A stretch of DNA of 64,000 bases from Microgenomates group bacterium (GTDB lineage Bacteria > Patescibacteriota > Microgenomatia > UBA12405). The stretch is from NCBI GenBank assembly GCA_049303675.1, contig JBAQNJ010000001.1:344711-408710 (forward strand). The letters run 5' to 3'. How positions within the stretch are numbered: the stretch's first letter is position 1; each line of letters starts with the position of its first letter. The notes beneath the pieces were generated by a model. That model saw nothing but the letters and a program-made list of their open reading frames with translations, had not been told where the DNA came from and did not search any database. The position numbers and the translations under genes are program-made. This document shows, in pieces, positions 35,593-45,123 of this stretch.

Positions 35593-36204
35593 ATGAATAA
35601 TCAAAAGGTGATCTGTGGCATAGCTATGTCAATTGATGGGTTTACCTCGGGTATCAATCAAAGTTTTGAAAAACCTTTTGGCGACAATTTTGATCCCGAT
35701 TTGCTCCGTCGTTGGCTGTTTGTGGAGCCTGAAAAAAATAATCATCAAAGAGAAATTAATTCACTTCTCGATGCAGGTGCCTTCATCATGGGCAGTAATA
35801 TGTTTGGTCCAAAAGATAGAAGATTGGCTCCAGATTGGAGAGGCTGGTGGGGTGATGAGCCTCCTTATCACGCTCCTGTTTTCGTTCTCTCTCATCAACC
35901 ACGTGAACCGTTTGAAATGAATGGCGGGACTTCTTTTACTTTTATTACCGATGGCATAGAATCAGCCCTGTCACAGGCCAAAGAAGTTGCCGGAGATCGT
36001 AATGTAGCTATCTCTGGAGGTGCCCACACGGTTAATCAATTCTTAGCCGCAGGGCTCATTGACGAGCTCTGGCTCCATATAATACCTGTCACCATTGGTG
36101 CAGGTACTCGTCTTTTTGAAGGAGTGCCTCCACTCGACTTAGTACCTATAGAAGTGGGCGGTAATAGTTTGGTCACCCATATTCGATATAAAATTATCAA
36201 ATAA
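35593..36204 (+). CDS. dihydrofolate-reductase-family (RibD C-terminal domain-like) protein
   Basis: ICGIAMSIDGF...GG...VNQFL...DELWLHIIPV pattern of the RibD_C / DHFR-like family. Confidence 0.6.
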   Translation: MNNQKVICGIAMSIDGFTSGINQSFEKPFGDNFDPDLLRRWLFVEPEKNNHQREINSLLDAGAFIMGSNMFGPKDRRLAPDWRGWWGDEPPYHAPVFVLSHQPREPFEMNGGTSFTFITDGIESALSQAKEVAGDRNVAISGGAHTVNQFLAAGLIDELWLHIIPVTIGAGTRLFEGVPPLDLVPIEVGGNSLVTHIRYKIIK

Positions 36205-36228
36205 ATATTTTAATAATTAAAAAAATAT

Positions 36229-36609
36229 ATGTCCAAATATGTCGATGGATTTGTTCTAGTAGTACCCAGCAATAAGACCGAAGAGTACAAAAAAATGGCC
36301 CAGATGGGTCGGGATTCGTGGATGAAGCATGGTGCCCTCAGTTATTTTGAATGTCGTGGTGACGATATGGCACCCCAAGAAATGGAAGGTCAAAAGACTC
36401 GTGCCTTTCCCGAAGTGGCCGGTGCTAGTAGTGGCGAAACAGTCTGGTTCTCTTTTATCACCTTTAAATCCAAAGCCCATCGAGATGAAGTCAATGCCAA
36501 AGTAATGAAGGAGATGGGCGAGCAGATGACGGATATGAAAGACATGGAAATGCCCGTCGAAATGAATCGGATGGCCTACGGCGGTTTTGAGGTCGAAGTC
36601 GAGGGATAG
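36229..36609 (+). CDS. DUF1428-family protein
   Basis: MSKYVDGFVLVVP...EYKKMAQMGRDSWMKHGALSYFEC pattern. Confidence 0.45.
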   Translation: MSKYVDGFVLVVPSNKTEEYKKMAQMGRDSWMKHGALSYFECRGDDMAPQEMEGQKTRAFPEVAGASSGETVWFSFITFKSKAHRDEVNAKVMKEMGEQMTDMKDMEMPVEMNRMAYGGFEVEVEG

Positions 36610-36633
36610 CCCATAGGGAGTATAATCAGTTAT

Positions 36634-36936
36634 ATGACCAAAAACCCCTTTATCAACGCCCTTTGTGCTTCCGGCTACATTTTATTAGTCGTCTGTGTCA
36701 TGACATTTGTCACTTCACCGCTACGCAACAAGCCAGATACTTTTATGGCTCCACTTACAGTATTATCGGTACTCACATTATCTGTCTCGGTCATGGCCTA
36801 TTTGTTTTTTTACCAGCCACTTTTGCTTTTTATTGATGGGAAGAAAAAAGAGGCAGTAAATTTATTTATCAAAACAGTTGGAGTCTTTGCCATTATCACC
36901 ACAGTGGTCTTGATCTTACTTTCCCTTGGGCTATGA
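36634..36936 (+). CDS. hypothetical membrane protein
   Basis: 100 aa, three hydrophobic segments. Confidence 0.3.
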   Translation: MTKNPFINALCASGYILLVVCVMTFVTSPLRNKPDTFMAPLTVLSVLTLSVSVMAYLFFYQPLLLFIDGKKKEAVNLFIKTVGVFAIITTVVLILLSLGL

Positions 36937-37487
36937 ACTATATTAGTGATCAACAGCAAGAAGAGCTTTTCTCGACACTAGAGGTTAGATTTGCCAAAAA
37001 CATGAATCGGCACAAGGGTATAGATTGGGATAAAGTAAAAACAAAATTAGAGTTAAGCCCGCAAAAGTTATGGTCACTTTTTGAAATGGAGCGCACCGGC
37101 GGCGAGCCAGATGTTGTTGTCTTTGATAACAAAGTCTATGAATATTTTTTCATTGACTGTAGTACTGAAAGTCCCAAGGGGAGGCGAAGTTGTTGTTATG
37201 ATCAAGAAGCTCTCGAGGATAGAAAAACATTTAAGCCCGCAGATAGCGCCGTTCATTTGGCCAAATCGATGGGTATCGATATATTATCTGAAGAGCAATA
37301 TCGAGATTTACAAAAATTAGGTGAGTTTGATTTAAAATCTCAAAGTTGGCTGAAAACCCCAGACGAAATACGAAAATTAGGTGGCGCCATTTTTGCCGAT
37401 CGTCGTTATGACCACGTCTTTGTCTACCACAATGGTGCGGAGTCTTATTATGCCACTCGTGGTTTTCGCGGTCTACTTCGTGTCTAA
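36933..37487 (+). CDS. DUF4256-family protein
   Basis: 184 aa; LEVRFAKNMNRHKGIDWDKVKTKL pattern. Confidence 0.4.
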   Translation: MNYISDQQQEELFSTLEVRFAKNMNRHKGIDWDKVKTKLELSPQKLWSLFEMERTGGEPDVVVFDNKVYEYFFIDCSTESPKGRRSCCYDQEALEDRKTFKPADSAVHLAKSMGIDILSEEQYRDLQKLGEFDLKSQSWLKTPDEIRKLGGAIFADRRYDHVFVYHNGAESYYATRGFRGLLRV

Positions 37488-37804
37488 ACTTCCTGTTTTT
37501 TATATCTTCTGTTTTCCAGAGAATTGATTTGTCGGTAAATATTATCGAGCAAATATCCTACAAAAGCATAGACAATCAGGGCAAATAGAGAAGAGAATTC
37601 AATCACCAATCCTCCCTCCAGTCTGGGCGAGGGGAATGCTCCAATAAATGGTTTTAAAAGTGGTTGAGTCGTCTCATAAATCCAATAGACAAATGGCGCC
37701 CCAGCCGATGCCCCAAATAATTTTAAAATAATTCTAAAGCCCAGCAAAAACTCGACAATTCCCAAAATAATACTAGTTAGTGAATAAAACAGTGGCTTAA
37801 ACAT
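37484..37804 (-). CDS. YggT-family membrane protein (second copy)
   Basis: FRIILKLFGASAGAPFVYWIYETTQPLLKPF. Confidence 0.5.
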   Translation of the reverse strand: MFKPLFYSLTSIILGIVEFLLGFRIILKLFGASAGAPFVYWIYETTQPLLKPFIGAFPSPRLEGGLVIEFSSLFALIVYAFVGYLLDNIYRQINSLENRRYKKQEV

Positions 37805-37891
37805 AACTAATACCTAAATAGTAGCAGTTAAATCTTTTACTGTCAATTATTAAATTCTCTGCATCCTTTTATAAAACTGGTACAATCAAGC

Positions 37892-38446
37892 ATGTCCAAA
37901 ACACCAGAGTTACCAGTCAATAGTGTTGCCAAAGTTCTGCCTATTATTTGGTTATTCACAATTATTACTATTGCTATCGCTGCCTATTTTTATATTAGTT
38001 CTGGGGCCCTCGCCCAACAATTTCTCGGACTTTTTAAAAAGCAAGTTGACAGCTATATTACTCCCTCGATTTCACCCACCGGAGTACTCAAAACTACTTC
38101 TGTACCATCAGCTGTGGCCACCAATAAGCCCACGTCTACACCCACCAAAAAACCTGTTGCTTGTTATCGCCTCAACATTCGCGAAGGCGAGTTTGCCAGC
38201 AACAAGTGTTATTCTCGGACTGATTACGACAATTTGTACTATTACCTCCAGCGACTCGATTCAGCCAAGTTCGATCTCACTGCCGCCCAAAATTCTATTA
38301 ATATTACCTGTAATTGTCGAGTCCCTCAGGAATGCGAATTCTTCAAAGATTCCTGTACTCGGGACAAAGCCCAAAAATCTCAGGCAGAGACCAATATCAA
38401 TACTTACACCACCACCATCCGTTCAATTATTGGTCGCGGTAGATAA
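37892..38446 (+). CDS. secreted hypothetical protein (Cys-containing)
   Basis: N-terminal TM/signal segment; 184 aa. Confidence 0.35.
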   Translation: MSKTPELPVNSVAKVLPIIWLFTIITIAIAAYFYISSGALAQQFLGLFKKQVDSYITPSISPTGVLKTTSVPSAVATNKPTSTPTKKPVACYRLNIREGEFASNKCYSRTDYDNLYYYLQRLDSAKFDLTAAQNSINITCNCRVPQECEFFKDSCTRDKAQKSQAETNINTYTTTIRSIIGRGR

Positions 38447-38486
38447 TGATCTATTATGAACCAAATTTTAGTATTAATCTCAATAA

Positions 38487-39251
38487 ATGAAAAATTCAAC
38501 TATTTCAATCAAGCAAAAAATAATTGATACATTCAATACCTACGTCAGAGGCAAAACAGCCGATATTTCAGCCAGTAACCAAAAACATGATGGGCGCGGG
38601 GGTCATTGGCTGGAAACACAAATGGGGATAGTCCACAACCGCTCAAACTCGCCCGATATTGACGGTTTTGAAATGAAAAATAGCACATCTACAAAAACAA
38701 CTTTTGGTGACTGGTCAGCAGATTATTATATTTTCAAAGATAAAAATATTATCTTATCTCGAGACGAATTTATGCATATTTTTGGTAAACCAAATGTCAA
38801 CAAGGACATGAGATATTCATGGTCAGGTGAGCCTATTCCAAAATACAATAAATATAATAAATTCGGTCAAATACTCATAATTAGCCCCAACGAAGATATT
38901 ATTATCCAATATAACTTTTTAAAGGACTGTCGTCCTCACAAATCAGGAATCGTCCCCAAAAACCTCCAGCATGATAGCTTAATCCTAGCTAAGTGGAGTC
39001 GTAGTTGGATGAAAAAAAAGTTAGAAAACAAATTCAATAAACTCGGCTGGTTCAAGTGCCAGACGGATAAGAATGGTATATACACCAACATTGTATTTGG
39101 TGAGCCTATTCAGTGGGCTTCATGGCTGTCAGAAATCAAGAAAGGTTTGGTTTTTTTTGACAGTGGCATGCATCAAAACAATTCTAGAAATTATTCGCAT
39201 TGGCGCGCCAACAATAAATATTGGCAAGAAAAAATAACCAGCACTTATTAA
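38487..39251 (+). CDS. MutH/Sau3AI-family (GATC-type) restriction endonuclease candidate
   Basis: KHDGRGGHWLETQMG...PDIDGFEMKNST parallels the MutH region KGWIGVLLEIWLG...DFAALGVELKT, including the PD-(D/E)xK catalytic motif; convergent with the adjacent C5-MTase. Confidence 0.55.
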   Translation: MKNSTISIKQKIIDTFNTYVRGKTADISASNQKHDGRGGHWLETQMGIVHNRSNSPDIDGFEMKNSTSTKTTFGDWSADYYIFKDKNIILSRDEFMHIFGKPNVNKDMRYSWSGEPIPKYNKYNKFGQILIISPNEDIIIQYNFLKDCRPHKSGIVPKNLQHDSLILAKWSRSWMKKKLENKFNKLGWFKCQTDKNGIYTNIVFGEPIQWASWLSEIKKGLVFFDSGMHQNNSRNYSHWRANNKYWQEKITSTY

Positions 39252-40231
39252 TCAAAAATTCCGGTTTCTTTAATTTTTTTTGCTAGTGCCCTTATCACGG
39301 GCACAGCCACGCTATTACCAAATTGCTTGTATGCTTGAGCGTCACTCACAGGGATAACAAAACTATCAGGGAAACCTTGCAGTCTGGCAGCCTCTCTCGG
39401 TGTTAATTTTCGCGGATTTTTATTTTTTTGTTCTATCAAAATTTCTGACCCATCCTTGTAATATCTTGCCGAAATAGTGCTGGTGTAGGGACTGTTTTCA
39501 TTAAAAAGGCAATATCCAAACCCATTACCCTTTATTGCATGTTCTTTTCTCCGTCTTTGATGTCCCGCCCACAATCTGTCTGAAATTGTGTATTTATTGT
39601 CAACTTTATTTTCTAGTATATCTCCGACCTTTGTTGTCTTGTTTAACTCATCAGGGTATTCAAATTTTACATCTTTTCTAAATCCAATAATATATATTCT
39701 AGCTCTATTTTGCGGTAGTCCAAAATTTTTAGCATTCAGTATTTTATAGTGCATTTTATAGCCCAGTTTTTCCAAAGTCCCTAGAATTACTTTCAAAGTG
39801 TTTCCCTTATCATGACCTGCCAAGTTTTTTACATTTTCCAAAAATACAACTTTAGGTTTGTGATGTTTGATTATTTTGACAATATCAAAAAAAAGTGTAC
39901 CCCTCGTATCAGCAAATCCTTTTTTAAAACCAGCTTGTGAAAACGGTTGACAGGGGAACCCCGCCAACAGTACATCAAAGGGCTTTATTTCCGATGGCTT
40001 AATTTTTGTAATGTCCCCATATGGTATTTCATTAAAATTTGTTTGATAGGTCTTTTGAGAGAAGTTATTCCACTCTGAGGTAAACACGCACTCCCCACCA
40101 ATACTCTCAAATCCAATTCTGATTCCTCCTATACCAGCAAATAGGTCTATGAATTTAAATTTATGTTGCATGTTTCTAATAGTTTTAGAAAATAAGTCAT
40201 TTACAATTATTCTTGGCCTAGTCTGATTCAT
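39248..40231 (-). CDS. DNA (cytosine-5)-methyltransferase
   Basis: Motif I FIDLFAGIGG, motif IV GFPCQPFSQAG, motif VI ENVKNL, motif VIII QNRARIYIIGF. Confidence 0.85.
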   Translation of the reverse strand: MNQTRPRIIVNDLFSKTIRNMQHKFKFIDLFAGIGGIRIGFESIGGECVFTSEWNNFSQKTYQTNFNEIPYGDITKIKPSEIKPFDVLLAGFPCQPFSQAGFKKGFADTRGTLFFDIVKIIKHHKPKVVFLENVKNLAGHDKGNTLKVILGTLEKLGYKMHYKILNAKNFGLPQNRARIYIIGFRKDVKFEYPDELNKTTKVGDILENKVDNKYTISDRLWAGHQRRRKEHAIKGNGFGYCLFNENSPYTSTISARYYKDGSEILIEQKNKNPRKLTPREAARLQGFPDSFVIPVSDAQAYKQFGNSVAVPVIRALAKKIKETGIFD

Positions 40232-40308
40232 ATTTTAACTATTATCAATATGATTTGTGAAGTAACTAGATTATCACACGAACAAAACCCGAAGAAAAGT
40301 AGGTAAAA

Positions 40309-40728
40309 CTATAACACTTTTATCCTCTCAAAATTCTTCCCTTCCAACCCAGATATTTTCACGGGAACAACCTTATATTTGACCGCCTCCAGTTGTCTCG
40401 GAGTCATTATATATTCAATGTAGCCATCATTGTGAGGCTTCAATAGTCCCGCCCCCACCCAAAACTTTACCACCGATGTTTTGGCTGTCCCCGTGGCGAT
40501 AGCGCATTTTGCTGGAATGTTATTTACCAATATTTTTCCTTCGTTTCGGTAATATGGCCGGCGCTTACTTGCCAGTGAATAGGCGTCGTGAACTAACTGA
40601 ACTTTTTCTCGCCATTGTCCATCACTTATTTGCCCATCTTTGGGCTTCACGTTCAGTTCCACTGTGGCGGCTTGTTGCGGTGTCAGTACTGGTAATCCGT
40701 TTGGCAGTTCCCCCTTCAGTTTTTCCAA
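40309..40728 (-). CDS. hypothetical protein downstream of the MTase
   Basis: 139 aa ORF; no recognisable motif (not Vsr-like). Confidence 0.3.
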   Translation of the reverse strand: MEKLKGELPNGLPVLTPQQAATVELNVKPKDGQISDGQWREKVQLVHDAYSLASKRRPYYRNEGKILVNNIPAKCAIATGTAKTSVVKFWVGAGLLKPHNDGYIEYIMTPRQLEAVKYKVVPVKISGLEGKNFERIKVL

Positions 40729-40740
40729 GTTTTGTTGATA

Positions 40741-41262
40741 TTACTTTTCAAACAGTTCCTGACTCTCATACTGTTCAATCAGTCGGCTCAAACTGAATCT
40801 AAAATTAGTCGGCAAATATGAATTGACCAATTCAACTAATTTTCTAAAACTATTTATATATTTTTTTATATCCTCTTCCGCCACATTATTTATTTGCGGG
40901 ACAAACACATCCTCCGAGAAAAAATCAAAATTCACTCCCGCCTCAAAACTGGCGGCAATTGGCATTAGCCATTTGGCAAAATAAATTAAGGTAAATAATT
41001 CTGCCCAGTCGACTTCTGGTGTCTCTTCTAGTCTCCACAACTTATATCCTCCAAAATCCCAGACCAAATTTATTGGAGTATTACTAGCAATTGATTCATT
41101 TATTATTTTTGTTAAATGATTCCTAAAATCATTATCTACAGCATATTTTCTGAACTTTTTTGATAATATAGTTTTCTCAATCACCTGCCCCAACTCACCC
41201 TCAGTCTTGGGCTGGTTTTTTAGGCTATTCAACTCACGAGTTATATATTCATCAGGCGTCAC
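40741..41262 (-). CDS. hypothetical protein
   Basis: 173 aa ORF. Confidence 0.3.
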   Translation of the reverse strand: MTPDEYITRELNSLKNQPKTEGELGQVIEKTILSKKFRKYAVDNDFRNHLTKIINESIASNTPINLVWDFGGYKLWRLEETPEVDWAELFTLIYFAKWLMPIAASFEAGVNFDFFSEDVFVPQINNVAEEDIKKYINSFRKLVELVNSYLPTNFRFSLSRLIEQYESQELFEK

Positions 41263-41707
41263 TGCCTATTCTACTACTTTCTTCACAATATCGTTTAAAG
41301 CTCAATAAAATTGCTTTCCATCCTTCCCGTTGTTGATTTTTGGTATGCGACTTCTCAGCCTCAAACATTTCCCAGACCTTTGTCTGCTCCTTTTCCAATT
41401 CATCAAAACCGACAATCACTCTTCTGCCGTCCGTCAAATTATATTCAATTGTCTTAGTTGGCTCAATTTTGCGATACACTCCCGCAAATTCAAAGCTATT
41501 ACTACCATCCTTGGCCGACATAGTATAGTCAAACTTTCCCCCGACTCTTAGGTCATTCGTCGCTCTCGGGCAGTACCAATCTTCACTCGCCTGATTCCAT
41601 TTGACCACCGCTTCTGGGTCAGTCCACATCTGCCAAACTTTATCTACTCCTATATTAATGTTTGTTTCAATTTTTATCATTTTCATAAGCATATACCAAA
41701 TCTGCAA
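41252..41707 (-). CDS. SRPBCC / AHSA1-domain protein
   Basis: KVWQMWTDPEAVVKW...GGKFDYTM pattern typical of Activator-of-Hsp90-ATPase-homolog-like SRPBCC proteins. Confidence 0.55.
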   Translation of the reverse strand: MQIWYMLMKMIKIETNINIGVDKVWQMWTDPEAVVKWNQASEDWYCPRATNDLRVGGKFDYTMSAKDGSNSFEFAGVYRKIEPTKTIEYNLTDGRRVIVGFDELEKEQTKVWEMFEAEKSHTKNQQREGWKAILLSFKRYCEESSRIGSDA

Positions 41708-42116
41708 TTATAATTTTTTTCATCTTCAGCATGGCTTGCATTACTCTGTTGGCCTTTGCTGGGTCTTTGTCACCCAACAATTCCATTAATTTTGTCGGCA
41801 CTATTTGCCACGACAAGCCATATTTGTCCTTTAGCCAGCCGCATTGTGACTCTTCCCCACCAGTAGTTAGTCGCTTCCAATAATAATCCACTTCTCTTTG
41901 GTCGGCACAGCTGACCATCATTGATATTGCTTCACTAAATTTGTATTGAGGTCCGCCATTGAGGGCCATTAATCTCTGCCCCTCCAGTTCAAAAGTAGTC
42001 ACCATCGGGCTTCGTTCCCATATTTTTGAATTATCAAAAATATTCACATAATATTCCGCTGCTTCTTGAGCTTTATTATCAAACCACAAGAATGGGGTTA
42101 TTTTATGACTGATCAT
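41667..42116 (-). CDS. VOC-family protein (PhnB / 3-demethylubiquinone-9 3-methyltransferase-domain-like)
   Basis: ITPFLWFDNKAQEAAEYYVNIF...QCGWLKDKYGLSWQIVP pattern. Confidence 0.55.
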   Translation of the reverse strand: MISHKITPFLWFDNKAQEAAEYYVNIFDNSKIWERSPMVTTFELEGQRLMALNGGPQYKFSEAISMMVSCADQREVDYYWKRLTTGGEESQCGWLKDKYGLSWQIVPTKLMELLGDKDPAKANRVMQAMLKMKKIIIADLVYAYENDKN

Positions 42117-42205
42117 TTTTAAAATTTATAACTAATACCACTATAGTAGTAGATAACCTAAATTTCAACAACTAATTTTTTCAATTTGTATTATTATATT
42201 GATGT

Positions 42206-42589
42206 ATGAACAAACAATTATTCCAAAGTTCTTTGCTCTGGGGTTTTCTGCTCTGGCTCTTTGGCTATATTTTAGGTTTTGTTTTATTTTTTGTGGTTCC
42301 TACTGCCTACTTAGGGTGGGTGATTATGCCTCTTGGCATATTCTTTACTCTCTGGGTGCTCAGCCACAAAATTCCTCATACCACGCTTGACCACTATATT
42401 ATTATTGCCCTAATTTGGACAATTATAGCCATAGTTTGTGATTATTATTTACTTGTCAAAGTCCTCCACCCTGCCGATGGTTACTACAAGCTCGATGTCT
42501 ACCTCTACTACCTGATTACCTTTATGTTACCAATTATCTATAGCACCAGTCACTATGTGCAAAAAAAATCTGCTCAGAAGTCTCAATAA
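42206..42589 (+). CDS. hypothetical membrane protein
   Basis: 127 aa with 4 hydrophobic segments. Confidence 0.3.
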   Translation: MNKQLFQSSLLWGFLLWLFGYILGFVLFFVVPTAYLGWVIMPLGIFFTLWVLSHKIPHTTLDHYIIIALIWTIIAIVCDYYLLVKVLHPADGYYKLDVYLYYLITFMLPIIYSTSHYVQKKSAQKSQ

Positions 42590-42775
42590 TATCCGTAAAC
42601 TAACTGCATCTTTCAACCAGCCGCCAGCGCCAAATCGCCGTCAATTTCTTTTTGATGGTACCATCATAGTCGAGGACGCCGCCGGCACTCTTATTATCGG
42701 TCCAAACACCATCCTCGATCTTCGCGTGGGGGAGACACCTTCTGTTCGAATTCACCGTCCCGAGCCAAAGACCCG

Positions 42776-43111
42776 TTAATTCAGCGCACTATTTATCTCA
42801 GCCATCAAAGTTGACTCGGGTCTAAACCCAATAAAATCTTTGACTACTTTGCCTTTGACAAACAATTTCATGTTGGGAATACTACTTATTTGATAGTCCA
42901 TAGCTAGGGCCTGATTATCTGTTTCATCAGTATCTACCTTGACCACTTTCAACTTGCCCTCCATTTTATTGGCAATTTCTTCTAGGACTGGTGCCATCAT
43001 TTGGCAAGGACCACACCATGGTGCCCAAAAGTCCACCAATACTGGTAGTTCAGAATTAATAACTTCTTTCTCAAAACTATCCTTGCCCAACACATTAACT
43101 GGATTTGACAT
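42776..43111 (-). CDS. trxA: thioredoxin
   Basis: WAPWCGPC active site; 111 aa. Confidence 0.85.
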   Translation of the reverse strand: MSNPVNVLGKDSFEKEVINSELPVLVDFWAPWCGPCQMMAPVLEEIANKMEGKLKVVKVDTDETDNQALAMDYQISSIPNMKLFVKGKVVKDFIGFRPESTLMAEINSALN

Positions 43112-43325
43112 ATTTTTTGTATTTAATTAATAATTTTTTATCATCACAAAATTGCGACTCAACGATTTCCTCAATTACTCGACTAATTCCCGACTTGACC
43201 GCTTTCAACTGCATCAACACTTTCTCACATTCACACTTACCTTCCATCATTTTTTTGACACCCTCAATCTGTCCGAGGATATTGTTTAGTCTTTGATCAA
43301 TTGATTTCATCAATAATTCTAGCAC
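43095..43325 (-). CDS. CsoR/RcnR-family metal-sensing transcriptional repressor
   Basis: 76 aa; LNNILGQIEGVKKMMEGKCECEKVLMQLKAVKSGI...C pattern (DUF156). Confidence 0.55.
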   Translation of the reverse strand: MLELLMKSIDQRLNNILGQIEGVKKMMEGKCECEKVLMQLKAVKSGISRVIEEIVESQFCDDKKLLIKYKKYVKSS

Positions 43326-43425
43326 ACCCTAGGGGGGTGTCAAGAAGAAATTGTCCCTGTCTTAATGTTTTCTTAATTTTCACTTTGTATACTCACTTTG
43401 TTCTCATTATAAATATTATAAAAAT

Positions 43426-44316
43426 ATGAAAAAAACTATCTTACTTGCCTCCGTCCTTTTGTCCTCATTATTTGTTGTCAAACCCTCGTTGGCTGCTACA
43501 GTCTGTAATGACGTATTAGATCAGCAACAGTTGCTCCGAAACGGAGGAATTAGTGCTCGCACTCTCCTCGGCTACAAAGTTGGACAGTCTTTTACTGCCA
43601 GTGCTACCGGAATTCTTTCAAAAATTGAAATAGGTTTCTACAATGAGTTCAACCCAACAGGTACTATAGACATATATGAAGGTAATGGTATTAGTGGAGC
43701 ACTCCTATCTACCCAACATGTTAACGGTGGATACTGCCTCATGGCAGACTGTAGTGCACCATTTACAGTTAGTGCCCCAGTAGTTGCCGGTCAAATATAT
43801 ACTTTCGTATTTACCCCAGATGCAGGGATGTCGGACCCATTCTTAATTTCACTTTCTAGTTTCAACCCCTATTTAGGCGGTGAAATGATCCAGGTGGATA
43901 CTGCTGGTGTCTATTTTCTCAGTAAATACAATTATGATATGAAATTTTCAACCTACATTCAGGACGTGACCTGTAGCGTCGCTCCAACTGTCGCTCCAAC
44001 TGTCGCACCAACTGTCGCTCCAACAGTCGCTCCAACTGTCGCTCCAACTGTCGCTCCAACTGTCGCTCCAACAGTCGCTCCGACTATTACTCCAACTCCT
44101 ATTGCTAGTACCGGCAAAAAAGTTGAGTCAAAAGGTAAAATCTCAGCAGTCACTGATAATTCAGTCACAGTCAACGGTATTCTTCTCCGCTTACTGCCTG
44201 AGACAGTTATTAAAATGAATTATGCTCCAGCCTTTGCCATTGGCCAAAGAGTCGAATACAAGGGTATTCTCAACACCGATGGATCAGTCAATCTTTCCAA
44301 GATAGAGATAAGATAA
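43426..44316 (+). CDS. secreted protein with (APTVA)n linker repeat
   Basis: Signal peptide MKKTILLASVLLSSLFVVKPSLA; 15-nt tandem repeat gtcgctccaactgtc x10 or so at 43975-44095. Confidence 0.45.
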   Translation: MKKTILLASVLLSSLFVVKPSLAATVCNDVLDQQQLLRNGGISARTLLGYKVGQSFTASATGILSKIEIGFYNEFNPTGTIDIYEGNGISGALLSTQHVNGGYCLMADCSAPFTVSAPVVAGQIYTFVFTPDAGMSDPFLISLSSFNPYLGGEMIQVDTAGVYFLSKYNYDMKFSTYIQDVTCSVAPTVAPTVAPTVAPTVAPTVAPTVAPTVAPTVAPTITPTPIASTGKKVESKGKISAVTDNSVTVNGILLRLLPETVIKMNYAPAFAIGQRVEYKGILNTDGSVNLSKIEIR

Positions 44317-44320
44317 TAAA

Positions 44321-44366
44321 TCATTCTCAAAATACCCCCCCACATCTTGGGGGGTATTTTTATTGG
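44321..44366 (+). terminator. rho-independent terminator (ATACCCCCC-acatcttg-GGGGGGTAT + TTTTATT)
   Basis: Read directly; follows the stop of 43426-44316. Confidence 0.7.
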
Positions 44367-44445
44367 TGCTAACTATTTTCAATTGACAAACTACCGCACA
44401 ATCCATCAATGTTGTATAATACCGGTATAGTTTTCAACGGTACCT

Positions 44446-45123
44446 ATGCAGATTTTAATTATCGAGGACGAGGTCAAGCTGGCGCAATCCATCAAGAGGG
44501 GGTTAGAGCAAAGCGGCTATTCTGTCCAGATGGTTCACGATGGTCAGGAGGGGTTGGAAGAAATTGAAATAAACCACACTGAGTACGACCTAGTTATCTT
44601 AGATCTCAATTTGCCCAATCTCACCGGTATCGAAATCTGTCAATCAGTCCGCAGCCAAGATATCAAAATTCCTATCATTATGCTCACTGCCCGCGATACA
44701 GTAGAGGACAAGGTCGCCGGTCTCAACAGTGGTGCTGATGACTATTTAGTCAAGCCCTTTTCGTTCATTGAGCTACTGGCCCGAGTCCGCTCCTTGCTTC
44801 GTCGGCCTGCCGCCATTTTATTTACCAAATTATCAGCCGGTCAAATTATTCTCGATCCCACAAATCAAAGGGTTTGGCGTACCAACGATGAAATTAAGCT
44901 GACTTCTCGAGAGTTTTCCCTTTTAGAATATCTAGTTCGCAACAAGGGGCGCATCGTCCCCCGCGAGGAAATTTTGTCCCATGTTTGGGATCAATCTTTT
45001 GATCCAGCCTCAAATGTCATCGATGTTCACATTACCAATTTAAAGAAAAAAATCAGCGGCAATACCGACAATGATCAAATTATCAAAACTATTCGTGGCT
45101 CCGGCTATAGAATCGACGACTAA
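44446..45123 (+). CDS. OmpR-family response regulator
   Basis: Receiver domain (DLVILDLNLP, phospho-accepting Asp context) plus winged-helix C-terminus (IRGSGYRI). Confidence 0.85.
   Translation: MQILIIEDEVKLAQSIKRGLEQSGYSVQMVHDGQEGLEEIEINHTEYDLVILDLNLPNLTGIEICQSVRSQDIKIPIIMLTARDTVEDKVAGLNSGADDYLVKPFSFIELLARVRSLLRRPAAILFTKLSAGQIILDPTNQRVWRTNDEIKLTSREFSLLEYLVRNKGRIVPREEILSHVWDQSFDPASNVIDVHITNLKKKISGNTDNDQIIKTIRGSGYRIDD

Noticed and set aside
40309-40728. Vsr (very-short-patch repair) endonuclease next to the C5-MTase
   Set aside because: Expected partner of Dcm-type methylases, but the 139-aa sequence shows no Vsr motifs (FxHGC, catalytic Asp/His pattern).
43959-44174. 71-aa minus-strand (VGAT)n ORF
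   Set aside because: Antisense to the APTVA tandem repeat; a repeat artefact.
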